The position numbers and the translations under genes were made by a program. A DNA stretch of 64,000 bases from assembly GCA_043228905.1 (NCBI GenBank), contig JBHGNT010000007.1, positions 12,338,001 to 12,402,000 on the forward strand. The letters are read 5' to 3'. Source of the DNA: Azolla caroliniana (Eukaryota; Plantae; Polypodiophyta). This document shows positions 1-12,864 of this stretch, piece after piece. How positions within the stretch are numbered: position 1 is the stretch's first letter; each line of letters begins with the position of its first letter. The notes under the pieces were generated by a model, which saw only the letters and a list, made by a program, of their open reading frames with translations, did no database searches and was not told where the DNA came from.

Positions 1-1
1 A

Positions 2-685
2 CCGAATGTATGGTATAATGTATCGCTCCAATGCTCATATTGTGATTGCCAAGACCCTACGAGTAAATGTAAGCATATACTCGGCATTCGGATGATCATT
101 GAGAGGCACATGCCACATTTATGTGGGTCGTTGCCTTTTATAGATCATGCAACCCATATACGCAATGACCATTTCACAGAGATGGAAGTGGAGATAGAGG
201 TAGAATTGGTCAAGGAGACAAACCCTATAACATCACAAATGGAGGAATGGGAGTCAAAATTACAAACGGCTGAGGGGGCTATTCAATGTCTTAGGCAAGG
301 GTTACAATCCCTCGACCGTGCAACATTTTTGGCATGTATGGAGTCCATTGAAGAAATGAGTCAGATGGTGGTGTATCACGCAAGTGCACTGAAACCAACC
401 AATGAAGAAGATCGTGGATCCATAAGGCGTAAGGAAGCAATTGGTGCAAAAAGGGAAGCATCCGTCAACATTTCACAAGATCTTATTGGCAGCTCCCCAA
501 ACACTTCCAAGGCACACATCGGAAAAATGCAAAGAGGCACAAGTCGAGCTAGGAGGCGGTTGCCAATATGTGCGACAAAGAAGATTCGATGCTTGCATTG
601 TGATGCCTTGACCTTTAGATCAAGGGACTCAAATGTTGATTGTTGCAAGAATTGTGGCCACATCTTGCCATCATCTTCGGGATGA
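2..685 (+). mobile_element. C-terminal part of a probable Mutator-like (MULE) transposase: SWIM zinc finger plus terminal C4 zinc ribbon, 5'-truncated by the window edge
   Basis: The frame is open from base 2, upstream of the listed ORF start: PNVWYNVSLQCSYCDCQDPTSKCKHILGIR, a SWIM CxC-xn-CxH motif. C-terminal CLHC...CKNC. Followed by subterminal-like repeats. No DDE core lies inside the window. Confidence 0.55.
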
Positions 686-747
686 GCCATAAACATAGTT
701 TGAGTGGTTTTGCAGACTAGTGCATTTGGGTTTACAATGTTTAAAGT

Positions 748-1085
748 GGATTTATGTTGATTTATGAGTGCATTTGGGAGTATGTCATATGTTGATTTAT
801 GTTTTAAGTTTCGTGTTTCAAGTATGTCACATGTTGATTTGGGTTTACGATGTTTAAAGTGGATTTACGTTCAAAGGATGTCATATGTTGATTTATTTTT
901 CAAGTATGTCATATGCTGATTTATGTTTTAAGTTTTATGTTTCAAATATGTCGCATGTAGATTTATGTTTCAAGTATGTCATATTTTGATTCATGTTTCA
1001 AGTATGTTATAAGTTGATCTCTGTTTTAAGTTTTATGTTTTTTAACTTTTAACTTTTATGTTTTAAGATGATTATTTGTTTTATG
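748..1085. repeat. Degenerate AT-rich minisatellite (unit approx. TATGTCATATGTTGATTTATGTTTCAAG)
   Basis: About 7-8 imperfect copies read directly. Confidence 0.7.
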
Positions 1086-1115
1086 TTAAGTATGGTGAAG
1101 ATCGTCAATTTTGAA

Positions 1116-1425
1116 TAATTTAAGGTTAGATTTTGTGACGATTTGATATGTTATTGTAAGTTTTAAGGGTAATGATCAAGCTTACTTGAAGATTTTGGTC
1201 GAAATGATACATTTGGTTGGGTGACCTGCAAAGGTCAGGGTTGGGTGACCTACAACGGTTGGGCGACTTGTAACGGTCAGAGTTGGTAATTTAAGGTTGG
1301 ATTTTGTGACTGTTTGATATGTTATTGTAAGTTTTAAGGGTAATGATCAAGCTTATTTGAAGATTTTGGTCGAAATGATACATTTGGTTGGGCGACTTGC
1401 AACGGTCAGAGTTGGGCGACCTTCG
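1116..1425. repeat. Approx. 171-bp tandem duplication with GGG(T/C)GAC(C/T)TGCAACGGTC sub-repeats
   Basis: TAATTTAAGGTT...GATACATTTGGTTGGG occurs at 1116 and 1287. Confidence 0.8.
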
Positions 1426-1569
1426 ACAGGTCTTTTTTCGCGCGTTCTTTCTTATCGAAATCTGACGGTGCAGATCGCACGCGCCTTTCTCTGAGTGAGC
1501 GACCTGCACCGTCTGTGGCTGCGATTCCCTCGCCAACCCTCTCTATGATTTGATGGAGAATAGACACGA

Positions 1570-1655
1570 GCATACATACATATATATGTACATACATACA
1601 TATATACATACATATAGTACATATATACATATGTATGTATGTATGTATGTATGCA
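1570..1655. repeat. (CATA)n/(TA)n/(TATG)n microsatellite, self-complementary, just upstream of VPS36
   Basis: Direct reading. Confidence 0.85.
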
Positions 1656-1731
1656 TATTGTCGTCTCCGTCTCCTTCTCCTTATCCTTCCTCTGCTCTGC
1701 CAAACACTTACGTTTAGACGCGATTGTCCAA

Positions 1732-2397
1732 ATGGAAGGCGCATGGAACAAACTCCTCCATCCTCTCAACTTCACAAGCAGCGGAAGACCAGAGCTTCTC
1801 GAAGGTGAAATAGAATGCCATCTTGTCGAGAACGCAGACCTCGAAGCAGACGGATCTCCTCCACTCCGATCTGGTATGGTTTCTTTCACTACTCACCGCA
1901 TTCTTTGGTTCGATCAGAAGATCAGAAGAGGAGGTTCTCTACCTCTTCCTGCCATCTCACAGATTTATCCTCCTAAGAAAAACATCAAATCCGTTCTTTT
2001 CTCGACGCCTCGCATCAAAGTTGAGGTTTATTTGACCATAGAAGGAACTCCTTCTCTTCAAGGTCACTTAAATGCATCTTCGTTTGCTTCCATTTCGGTT
2101 GTTTTGCGGAATCAATCCGGTGGAGACTCGACTTTTGTTAGGTTATCGGAGATTCTTCAGATGAAAGCATGGGAAAGAACGTCTAGTATAGAGAAGGAGA
2201 GGTTTGATAGAAGGAAATATAGTAGCCATGGAATGGCTTTCGAACCATCTAGTAGTACGATGCAAGAATTGGTTGGTCCAAGTCGAGCTTCACCAGCCAT
2301 GGCGGGCCTTTCTGGTATCCTTAGGAAGGAACAAGAGCAATGGGAAGAGACCGATAAGAATCTGCAGGAGGCATTCATTGATCTAAATGCATTAATG
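1732..2397 (+). CDS. VPS36: VPS36 coding exon 1
   Basis: ATG at 1732; donor ATG|GTCAGT at 2398. Confidence 0.9.
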
Positions 2398-5300
2398 GTC
2401 AGTTCCTTCTAAATATACACATGAGAAGATTTAAAATTTTCGTTTTTGGTGTGTCTGAGTGCAATATGCCTGTTATATGTATGAGTCATAATGTCTGTTA
2501 TCTTCATAAAATGCTCAAATTACCGTCAGTAGTCCCAAATGCACTATTGATAGCTTCATTTATTGAGAGTTTTATGTATTTTTCTTTACGGATTTTGTGT
2601 GTAAAATTTATGGATCACAATTTGTGGTCTCTTGAGCAAATGCACAAATTTTCGTTTCTCGTTCTAAGATCTACAAATGATCAGTTTTGTTGAAATACAA
2701 ATATAAGGGAATTCAAGATTTTCTTTCTGATGTGTATGTATGTATAGCGAGTGTTTTTACATAATATCTGCAAATTTACAATTAGAGTTCTAAATGCGCT
2801 AATGATGAGTTTCCAGAACTATAAATAGAGAATGATGTTCTAATTTTTTATATGTTTATATACCATGTGAATGTACAAATTTGTGTTTCTAGATCTTAAA
2901 TCAAATGCATTAATGTTCAGTTTCTTGAGTTCTAAATGTGATTTGACATTTTTGTTCGCATGAAAAAGTTCACCCCAGAACCCTAGGCCAATTAGTCCAT
3001 CCTAGTTAACTTTGATAAATAGGAGAATCATAACATTTACTGTAAATAATGGTGCCATAATATTTTAATATCGTGTAATCTGTGTCTCTAGGGGATCCTT
3101 AAGGGAGAAAGAAACAAGAACAGAAATTCTGTTTATGTGTATGGAAGGTGAACCAGCCTATAGATGAGTTTACCATATGCTGATTATTTCCTATCTAAAC
3201 TTCTGAAAAGGAAATTGAGTGTTATGATAGTTTCAGAAACTTAAGCTACACCTACCACCGAGTATGGTATGCTTTGAGTGTGATGAAATCATGATGAGTA
3301 GTATGCTGTAACTGCACACTTATCTCATGGATTCTAAATGCATCTAGAGAAGTAATAGACTGATCACATAACTAAATCCAAATAGTAGTGGAAATGGATT
3401 GAACTGGCTGTATGCAGTCAGGGAGTTTCGGATAAGGGAACTACCCAGCATTGACAGGATTGATAAAAGTTCTCAGATATTGATAAAGATAGCTTCATGA
3501 AAGGGGGGGCATTCCCCACTCTCTTTCCTGTTCTTCTGAAGGTTGGGACTATTGAATTTAAAGAACCATTGAGTTGAAGCATTTTGTTGGCCAAGATATT
3601 TGGAATTTTTTGTTGAGAGCTGTAGGCCACATTCAAAGGGAATCCTTCTGTATTGTCAGCCTCCATGGTACAACTCCAGTATGCTTACATACAGATTTGA
3701 TCTGATTCATGAGCGAGAATCAATGTTTCCACACACACTTGGAAAAATATTGTGTGGGTTTACAATTGGCTATGATGGTGATGAGGAGATTAAATCATCT
3801 TCACTGATCTGATATATGTAAAGTCAAGGATATGTATGAGAATATGTTTTTCTTCCTTGATCTTGTGGATATAATTTCCAAAGAGAACTACCATAAAAGG
3901 AGAATGCCTGCACCAAAATATTTAGATTGCAACAGAGGGAAAGTTTGATTGGAAAAAGAATTTAAATTCCAAAAATTAGAATTTACATCCAATCATTTTT
4001 AAAGATTTCAATGATCTTCTTTATTTATGCATTAATTTTGTATCGTTGGTGATTCTCGATTCCATTTATCTAGAATCTCAATACTGAGGATTGACGCGGA
4101 TATTCCTTTAATTCAGCAAGGATGGCATTGCTACTGCCTCCACTTCCTTGTGCCTTTTGGTTCTACTTCTCCTTCTGTGCACCATTATTAGAGTGGTAGT
4201 AGTCCTTTCCCCAAACCCTAATCTTTGCTATATTAAAATGATAGATACCTAAAATGTCTCTCTAATAAATCCTAAATCATATACCCTCCATTTCCCGGAC
4301 GAAGAAAACTAGAGATTACATAACATCATATGTGAGTCTTTAGATTTCATGAAAAATCAATGCTAATTACCTTATTGAAATTCTAAAATCCAAATATATA
4401 AAGCATGATAGTGTAGTGCTAAAGCTTGTGCTTTGCAATATTAAGGTTGTGTGTGTGAGTCCTGAGCGATGGGTTGATGTTGCATTGTTTTTAACATATT
4501 TCATTATTTTAGTTTAAGATAATGTAGACAAACAGTTGGTGATTTTGTGTATTATCACCGTACTCTTGAATTTTCTCCATTCCCTATTTCATGTATTGAG
4601 AATCTTGGTATGTAAAGTCTTGCAACGACCCACCCCTTCGGAGTTATGACAAACTTAGCAGTTATGACAAAGGATAATGGACTCTATTTATTGAAGGGCA
4701 GCACGAGGATTAGGGTTTAGGTCAACCAGAGAGGGAAAGAGTCTGAGTGAGAGACAAAGGGAGAGAGAGAGAGACATGCACCCTATCTTGGGTACAAAGA
4801 GTGTACCACTTTTTCTTTGGTTTTTAGATATTATGTATATACAAGTAAAAAATGTGCTATGAGTGGGTTCACACTTGTGCACTAATAAAAGGCATGATGG
4901 CCTTTTATTCCCAACAACCTCCCACCTAAAGGCAATGTGCCGTGGAGAAAAAAAGAAAGTCAGCTAAGTCCAAGTATGTACAAAGCTGAACTACATACAT
5001 CTATCCAACTCCCATCATCTGTCGGCAATGAGCAAAACACTCAGCTGGAAGACCCTTCGTGAGAAGATCTGCAGGATTATTATTCGTATGTACTTTGACA
5101 AGCTCAATGTTCTTGCTGTCAAGTACATCTTTGATGAAGTGATACTTCACCTGTATGTGCTTCGTCTTTGCATGAAAGACGGGATTCCGAGCTAGCATGA
5201 TAGCACTCTGACTGTCACAAAGAAGAATAGGTAACTCTGTAATGCCAAGATCTCTCACTAGATATGAAAGCCATAAAGCCTCCTTGCATGCCTTAGTGGC

Positions 5301-8300
5301 AGCAACATACTCTGCCTCTGTAGTAGACAATGCAACACACTTTTGTAGTCTAGAGATCCAAGAGACCGCTCCTCCCGTGAAAGTAAACACATACTCAGAA
5401 GTAGACTTTCTGCTGTCCGCGTGACCAGCATAGTCCGCATCCGTAAAACCAACGACAAATGCCTTTTGCTTTCCAAAGCAAATGCACAAGTCCTTTGTGC
5501 CTTTGAGGTATCTCATAATACCTTTTACCGCTTCCCAATGCTTTTTACCAGGATTTGCCATGTACCTACTAACCACTCCCACTGCAAAAGCAATATCAGG
5601 GCGTGTAGCAACCATCACATATATCACACTGCCAACAGCTGAAGCGTATGGAACCTTAGCCATTTCAGCCTTCTCATCATCAGATGTTGGGCTGTCTTCT
5701 GCACTGAGTTTCAAATATGGAGGCAATGGAACCCCAATTGTCCCCCCCCCCCCAAAAGCAATATCAGGGCGTGTAGCAACCATCACATATATCACACTGC
5801 CAACAGCTGAAGCGTATGGAACCTTAGCCATTTCAGCCTTCTCATCATCAGATGTTGGGCTGTCTTCTGCACTGAGTTTCAAATATGGAGGCAATGGAAC
5901 CCCAATTGTCCCTGCCATCTCCTGCCTTCTTGGTGTACAAGCAGTGGTCCACTTGACTTGTACGAAAACCTTGAGACTGCATAAATGTATCAAATTTATG
6001 ATACCATTCTCTTGGTGCTTGTTTCAACCCATACAAACTCCTTTTGAGCTTACAAACCATCTTCTCTTTGCCTTTAGCCACAAAACCTTCAGGCTGCTGC
6101 ATATATATGTCTTCATGCATATCGCCATGTAAAAAGGCAGTCTTCACATCCATCTGTATGAGCTCCATATCTTCAACTACAAGTAGGCCCAAAATGGTTC
6201 TTAATGTAGTCATCTTAACTACAGGAGAGAAGATCTCATCAAAATCAACTCCATATTCCTGCTTGTATCCTTTTGCAACCAATCTTGCTTTGTACTTTGG
6301 TGAGCAATCAGAAATGACCTTCATTTTATAAACCCATTTGCATGGAAGTGTTTTCTGCCCTTTAGGCAACTGCAGCAAATCCCAAGTGTCATTTTTCTCA
6401 AGAGATTCCATCTCTGACAACATGGCTTTATACCATTTTTTATTGTCCTGTCTGTCCATTGCTTCCTTGAAGCAAGACGGTTCGCCACAATCAGTCACCA
6501 TGACATAATCAGCCACACTGTTTGCATCAGGAACAAATCTGTCAGGCTGTCTAGTAACTCTAGACGATCTCCTAACCCAATGCTCATTGTTTGGTAGCTG
6601 TTGAGCCTGCAAATCATCATTTTCAACTTGCTGTCCAGGCATTTCAGCCTGCAAATCAGTATTAACAGCTTGCTGTTCTAGCCGTTCCTGCACATTTGAT
6701 GGCTCATCATTATTGGCAAAGGCTGGCTGATCATTTCCAGCCCCATTTTCTGCATTTGCAGGTATGTTTACAGCAGGTGTTTGCTGCTGTACAGCAGGCA
6801 CATTTTCCTGTCTAAAAGGTATTTCTACTTGGAATACAGCCCTACGTACTTCCTCAGACTTTTCGGGTTGTTTATGCATGCAATTTTCCCGGAAGATAAC
6901 ATCATTGCTGCGTACACTTTTTCTTTCCTCGGGATCCCACAATCTATACCCCATTTCACCCTCGTCACCGTATCCTAGGAAAATACATTTGCAGGACTTT
7001 GGCTCAAGTTTGTTGCGTTCTTTATGAATGTGCACAAAAGCCTCACAGCCAAACACTCTCAAGTGAGCATATGAAGGTGGCTTGCCCGACCACGCTTCTT
7101 GGGGTATTCCCCCTCCCAGAGACCTGTTAGGTGACCGATTAATCAAGTGAACAGCTGTCATAACAGCCTCTGCCCAAAAACCATGGGGTAACACAGCATA
7201 GTACGGACCCTATCTTGAATAGTCCGATTCATACGCTCTGCAACTTCATTTTGGGGTGGATTATAAGGGGCATTGAGTTCCCTCTTTATCCCTTTCCTGT
7301 CACAAAATGCTTCAAAGGCCTTGGACACATATCCCCACCATTGTCAGAACAAAGACACTTAAGTGTCTTATCAATTTGATTCTCAACTAATACCAAGAAT
7401 GTTCGAAACTTGTTGAGCACTTCATCCTTGCTACGAATAGGGTAAACCCATACCTTCCGTGTAGCATCATCGACAAAAGTGACTAAGTATTTCTTTCCCC
7501 CTAATGATAGCCCTGACATCTGACATACATCTGAATGTACTAACTCAAGCGGGGAAGACTTCAGCGAAAGAAACTTTTTTTGAGATGTTTGTACATGTTT
7601 ACCATAAATGCAATGATCAAAATGTTCAAAATCAGCATAACAAAGACATGGCAAGTAACCCAAACGAGAAAGTACTTTCATACCAGTTTCACTCATGTGT
7701 CCCAATCGGCCATGCCACAAAGAAATACTTGGCTGCTCGGTTATGTCAACATCATGGTCACTCACACTAGATACATGGAGAGGATACAAAGTATCACTTG
7801 TACTACCCTTGGCAATAACCTTTCAAATCTTCCATTTCCCATCACCAAAGGTGGTGTGAAATCTATCGTCATCTAGCTGTCCAGTGCTAATCAAGCTCTT
7901 CTTGAGCTGAGGTACATGCCGTACATGCTGAAGTGTGAAAGCAGAACCATGCTGAAACTGTAATTGCACAGTGTCAATACCTGCAATTTCACATGCATAG
8001 TTGTCCCCAAGATGGACAACACCATGTTGACCCCCTGTGTAATCTGAAAACCACTCACGATGAGGGGTGACGTGAAAAGAAGCACCGGAATCGAGTATCC
8101 AAGTGTGCATGTCACCATCCGTATCTACAATGAAAGTGTGTTCTCTATGGCATGAAGAGACAAAGAGTACATCATTTCCACTATCACTGTCATGAGTGAC
8201 TACATTCACCTCTTCAATTTTAGTATTGCCTTCCCTCGGTTGAATAAATGTCTCTCTTTTCTTCTATGCAATCATCTATCTTCTTGCCCTTTCCTTTCTC

Positions 8301-11300
8301 TTTCTTCCATTTGAAACAATCACATTTAAAGTGACCCTTTTTGCCACAGTGATGGCATTCTACATCTTTACCACGTGATTTACTACGGCCATAACTATTA
8401 GATTTGCCTCTCTGTTGTGACCTACCCCTAGTACGCAACGCACTAGAGGAGACTTATTGGATGCATTGTTTTGCTGACCCATCTCTTCCATGAGTAGAGA
8501 ACTCTCTACATCGGCATAAAGAAGCATCTCATTTGAATTGCTCATAGCAGTCCTGAAAGTATCCCAACTTTCTGGCAAGGTGCAAAGTAAAAACGTGGCC
8601 TTAAACTCATCATCAATGATGAATTTTAAGGCAACTAGCTGGCTGAAAATGGACTTGAACTTACTCAGGTGAGTTGACATGGGCGTGCCCTCTATCATGC
8701 GCAAGTCCATAAGTTTCTTAAGCCAATAAACTTTGCTAGCTGTTGTCTTTTGGGCATACAGTTCCTCTAGTTTAGTCCATATAGAATAGGCAGAGTCCAA
8801 ACCTTCAATATTAAACAGCAAGGCATCAGAAATTGACAACTCAATAGTCGAGCGTGCAAGCTCGTTCAACTCTTGCCAATCATCTTGGTTTATATCTGTA
8901 GGCTTTACCCCTTTGACTTTAATAGGCTTTGCATGCTTCTTTTGTAACAGGATGTTGTAGCACTGCTTTTTCGATACCGCAAAGTTATGTGCATCCTCAA
9001 GCTTCTTGATGTGCATAAGGTGGCTACTGTCATTGCTGCTAGTCATGATTTCTTAGCCCAAAAGGACCAAAATTTAAGGAAAAAAAACCAAGCCTAGACT
9101 CTCACACACGTGAACTAAGAAGGTACAAACAAATACCAACCAAAAATATATAGCCACACGGAAAACAGAAAATTTTAGATCTGCAAATAAATTTTCAGAG
9201 GCAATATTTGTTGTACATGCATTGTCAAAGCCTACAAGATGTTTCTGTCGTACAAGGTCAAAATGTGACCTACTCTGTAGAAAAGAGACTTGCTCTGCTG
9301 AAAATGTGACCTGCTTTGCAGAGAGAAAAGAAGACCTGCTCTGCAGAAAAACGTGACCTGCTCTAACATGCTCTGCTCTGATACCAGTTTGAAGGGCAGC
9401 ACGAGGATTAGGGTTTAGGTCAACCAAAGAGGGAGAGAGTCTGAGTGAAAGACAAAGGGAGAGAGAGAGATGCACTATGTCTTGGGTACAAAGAGTGTAC
9501 CACCGTTTTTTTGGTTTTTAGATATTATGTATATACAAGTCAAAAATGTGCTACGAGTGCGTTCACTCTCGTGCACTAATAAAAGGCAGGGTGGCCCTTT
9601 ATTCCCAACACTTATAACCTGTCTTCAATTTGAAGAAACTAATATCAGCAGTGTCATTCTATTAGATTCAATTTATGTGCGAGAGGAAGTAAATGGGTAT
9701 GCAAAACCCTGGTTCAGGAATGGCCTGAAACGTGCCAGAAACTTTCCCATCCAGGTTATACCTGGGGTATACTCCTAGGTGAGAATTGGACCATCCCTTA
9801 TGATGATTATTTTTGCACCATTAAGTCATGCGAAGTTCCTGATGTGTGACATGCAGTCTCTTCCCTTGATAGAAATATAATGCTGGCAAGTGTATTCACT
9901 TGTCAAACTCTAAAAGCACATTGATCTCCTATACTGCAGTAGTGTCAACTAATAACTTAAATAAGTAATATGAATGTCTGATAATGGCGATTTTGTACTT
10001 TTTGATGATAGCTTTATAATTATATGACAATTATTAAATGTCTATTTATATACACTTTGTTTGTCATTCAAAACTGTGGAAACTCAAATCAAACCTACAT
10101 AACCTTCACAATTGCTAATTAACTCACAATCTTGTCAATGTTAGGGAGGTAGAAATTTTGCAAAGTAGGAAACTTTACCAAGGTTGGTCTATATATTCTT
10201 TGTTTTTGTTTATAACTGGAGAACTTGCTTTAGTTGCATTTATATTCTCTTAAATCTTTACAGTAGTTGAAACTGTACTCTGTATCCTGTTTGGTATAAA
10301 CGGAGTCATATCAGTCCCTGGTGCTTTTCTGAGTAACAGTGCTTTTACTTGTTTAGAACAAGGCCAAGGAAATGGTGTCGCTGGCCGAAAAGATGAGGGC
10401 AAAACTTTTGTCAACGCCTAATACACAGTCAGGATTCACAGACGAGGATGAATTCGGCTCGAAACAGGATATGCAAGATTGGATGCTGAGCGTTGGCATT
10501 GCTTCTCCTGTAACAAAGGAGACAGCTGGTGCTCAATACCATCAACAGCTTTCCCGTCAGGTGCTTCTCTAGTGCTGTGGTAATCGGCTTGCAGCACTTC
10601 TATATTAAGGTGTGACTGATGCTAGATGGTTGAAGATTAAGGTAGTTGACATGAGTCATGCAATGTTTTTTTGTGTATCAATTTATTTATTTGTTTCATA
10701 AGGATCTAATAAAAGACCACATCTACTACCCCGATGAAAAGGTCATTCGAGGTATGTGGAGGATATTTTGGTCAGACATCTAAGTTTACGCCCTAAGTCG
10801 ATTCAAGATGTTAGAAGATAATCCATCATAGTACAGATCATAGTTCAGAGAACCCACTACATGAAATTCAGTGAAAAGATTGTGAAGGAAAAAGAACATC
10901 AAGAACTTATTATTGAGCCCAAAATTTGTAATCCATGTGCACATTTCATGAAAATGAAATCATTTTTTTGCAACATTGTTTAATTGTGTGTATTTTATTT
11001 TGCTGATCATGTATTAATCAAGAAAAGAGCCTCTAAGCAGTCTCCACACCTGTATTTTCAGCTAGCAGATTTTGTTAAAGTTCCTTTGCAGAGATCTGGA
11101 GGAATGCTGGCACTGGTTGATGTCTATTGTCTGTTCAATCGAGCCCGAGGGACAGGTATTACAGTTTGTGTATTTATCAAGTGCCAAAATGTAACCATTA
11201 AACAATCAATCCTGGTTTTTCAGAACTCATTTCTCCAGAGGACTTGCTTCAGGCTTGTACAATATGGGGAAAGATTGATGTGTATGGCTCAGCATGCAAT

Positions 11301-11822
11301 GTTTGTATTAGAATTGATCAAATACAGTAGTAGTGATTTCCTACTTACTTTTTGGATTCTGATACATGTAGACCTGTAATTTTACGGAGCTTTGACAGTG
11401 GAGTAAAGGTGATTCAATCCAAATCTCAAAGCGATGAAGAGGTTTTCTGTTTTGAATTGTCCTATCATATGATGGCACATTGCATTCGAGGAAACATATG
11501 CATTGAAATGCTTGTCCTACAGGTAATTTTGAGAATAAAAGCTTTGCTGTCAAAGAGGGAAAATGCTATAATTGGAATCAGTGCCAGTGAGGCAGCACAA
11601 ACTCTGAGAATGGCACCAGCTCTAGCTAAAGAACAACTTCTTACTGCTGAGAACAAAGGCAAGTAGTTCAGTTTCTAATCTTATTCATCATTGTTTTCTG
11701 CGAGTACTAAACATGTGTATGTTTCAGGTGAATTATGTCGGGATGATGGGGCTGATGGTTTACGCTTTTATCTAAACTTTTTCAAAGATGTGGATATTCA
11801 AAGATACATTGATTCTTACTAG
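1732..11822 (+). CDS. VPS36: Vacuolar protein sorting 36 (ESCRT-II subunit, GLUE domain plus EAP30/winged helix). join(1732..2397,10357..10560,11062..11155,11224..11281,11372..11441,11523..11658,11728..11822), 1323 nt, 440 aa
   Basis: GLUE-like N-terminus ([23 protein letters not shown]). Motifs [32 protein letters not shown]|[39 protein letters not shown]|[14 protein letters not shown]|[31 protein letters not shown]|[15 protein letters not shown]. All splice phases are compatible. Confidence 0.95.
4692..9610 (-). mobile_element. Ty1/Copia LTR retrotransposon (Copia-1), decayed, antisense within VPS36 intron 1
   Basis: LTRs 4692-4916 and 9390-9610 (TG..CA). TSD TTTAT/CTTAT. PBS TGGTATCAGAGC (tRNA-iMet type) at 9375-9386. 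PPT next to 4917. Domain order gag-PR-INT-RT-RH. Confidence 0.95.
5001..9046 (-). pseudogene. Copia-1 gag-pol, frameshifted, with an RT-core deletion
   Basis: gag ([26 protein letters not shown]), [57 protein letters not shown]; YVDD is absent. Confidence 0.9.
10357..10560 (+). CDS. VPS36: VPS36 exon 2
   Basis: TTTAG|AAC acceptor; CAG|GTGC donor. Confidence 0.92.
11062..11155 (+). CDS. VPS36: VPS36 exon 3
   Basis: TTCAG|CTA acceptor; CAG|GTAT donor. Confidence 0.92.
11224..11281 (+). CDS. VPS36: VPS36 exon 4
   Basis: TTCAG|AACTC acceptor; GT|GTATGG donor; encodes [20 protein letters not shown]. Confidence 0.88.
11372..11441 (+). CDS. VPS36: VPS36 exon 5
   Basis: GTAG|ACCT acceptor; GAG|GTTT donor. 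Confidence 0.85.
11523..11658 (+). CDS. VPS36: VPS36 exon 6 (followed by a GC donor)
   Basis: TACAG|GTA acceptor; AAG|GCAAGT donor. Confidence 0.85.
11728..11822 (+). CDS. VPS36: VPS36 exon 7 with stop codon
   Basis: TTCAG|GTG acceptor; [18 protein letters not shown]...TAG. Confidence 0.85.
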
Positions 11823-12094
11823 TAAATATATGTATGAGTTCAGTATGACCTTACATGTTGTGAAATGTATTTTAATTAGTTCTCTTTTTGAACCAAAAAG
11901 GAATCCTGACGAGTGGTTTCTGTTTATTACCAAACTTCTCAAGATCTTATTACCAAACTGTTTTGATTTAGATACCATTTTTATCTTTTCTTTCTATATC
12001 CCAGAAAAATCTCAGGACGTATATGATATGATACTAGGTTGTATGTCGCAACTATGTTTGGAATGCCTTTACAAACTTGACAATCACTTGTTTA

Positions 12095-12720
12095 TTTCAT
12101 CGATGCATAGGCTAAAAAGAGTTTTTGAGTGTGTGCATCCTTGCTCAACACCAATACTTCCATTGAAATTATGGCGCCCATATGCATATAACTTTCTCAT
12201 AGATTCAGGCATTTACAAGCATATGTTCACTTGCCACCCTGAATTCTTCCATGTGCCTCCAAAGATGTGCACAAGGTACATATCAAAAGCTTTTTTGATG
12301 CATAGGAAACAACAATATAAACCCTTACCTGTCAAGCGGCTTGCTTCCATTGACATTGGAAGTGTGACAAGGTGATTGATGGTGCTAAGGTGTTTCCAAA
12401 ATCCAATTTGTCCTTAAGCTCTCTTATTGTTTTTCCTAGCCCATGTACTTATCATTGATTCCGTTATACATCCAAATATTTTTGGCCTTAGTGAGTTGAC
12501 CATGATGGTTTGATAATTGTTTATAGAATTTAAATCTCCACCTTTGTGAAAAGGTTTACTCCAATTTGTAGTCCATTTTAGGGCAACCAACGTTGAATGC
12601 ATGATTAAACATAACACTTATTCATGCATGTGCTTCCTTTCACATCCACTTGAGCACTTTGTCCTTTAAACATTGAATATCACTTGCCTTACAAGAGACC
12701 AATTTCTTAATGGCTATCTA
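12095..12720 (-). mobile_element. Degraded non-LTR retrotransposon RT fragment, resembling the LINE at 57.4-61.9 kb
   Basis: PFHKGGDLNSINNYQTIMV...GQIGFWKHLSTINHL...LYCCFLCIKKAFD resembles PIHKGGDPMDPNTYRTIM/QAGFRQAFSTIDHI of the downstream LINE. Confidence 0.7.
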
Positions 12721-12864
12721 GACATGTTCAATCATAAGGAGGGGAGGCAAATGTGAAATAGAACCATAATATATATCATCTAACCCAATGAAAACGTCTT
12801 TAACTCCTTCCTTTACAAATTTGGCAACCATTCTTTCGAATTTGTCAATGCATAGATGTTATCC

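Noticed and set aside
1639-1731. N-terminal extension of VPS36 from the ORF-track start
   Set aside because: That start lies in the (TATG)n microsatellite; family-like sequence begins at ATG 1732
3300-4200. Possible degraded TE ORF in VPS36 intron 1
   Set aside because: No motif I can support by eye
11788-12375. 195-aa ORF after VPS36
   Set aside because: Spans the 3' UTR and the antisense strand of a LINE remnant; no recognisable motif
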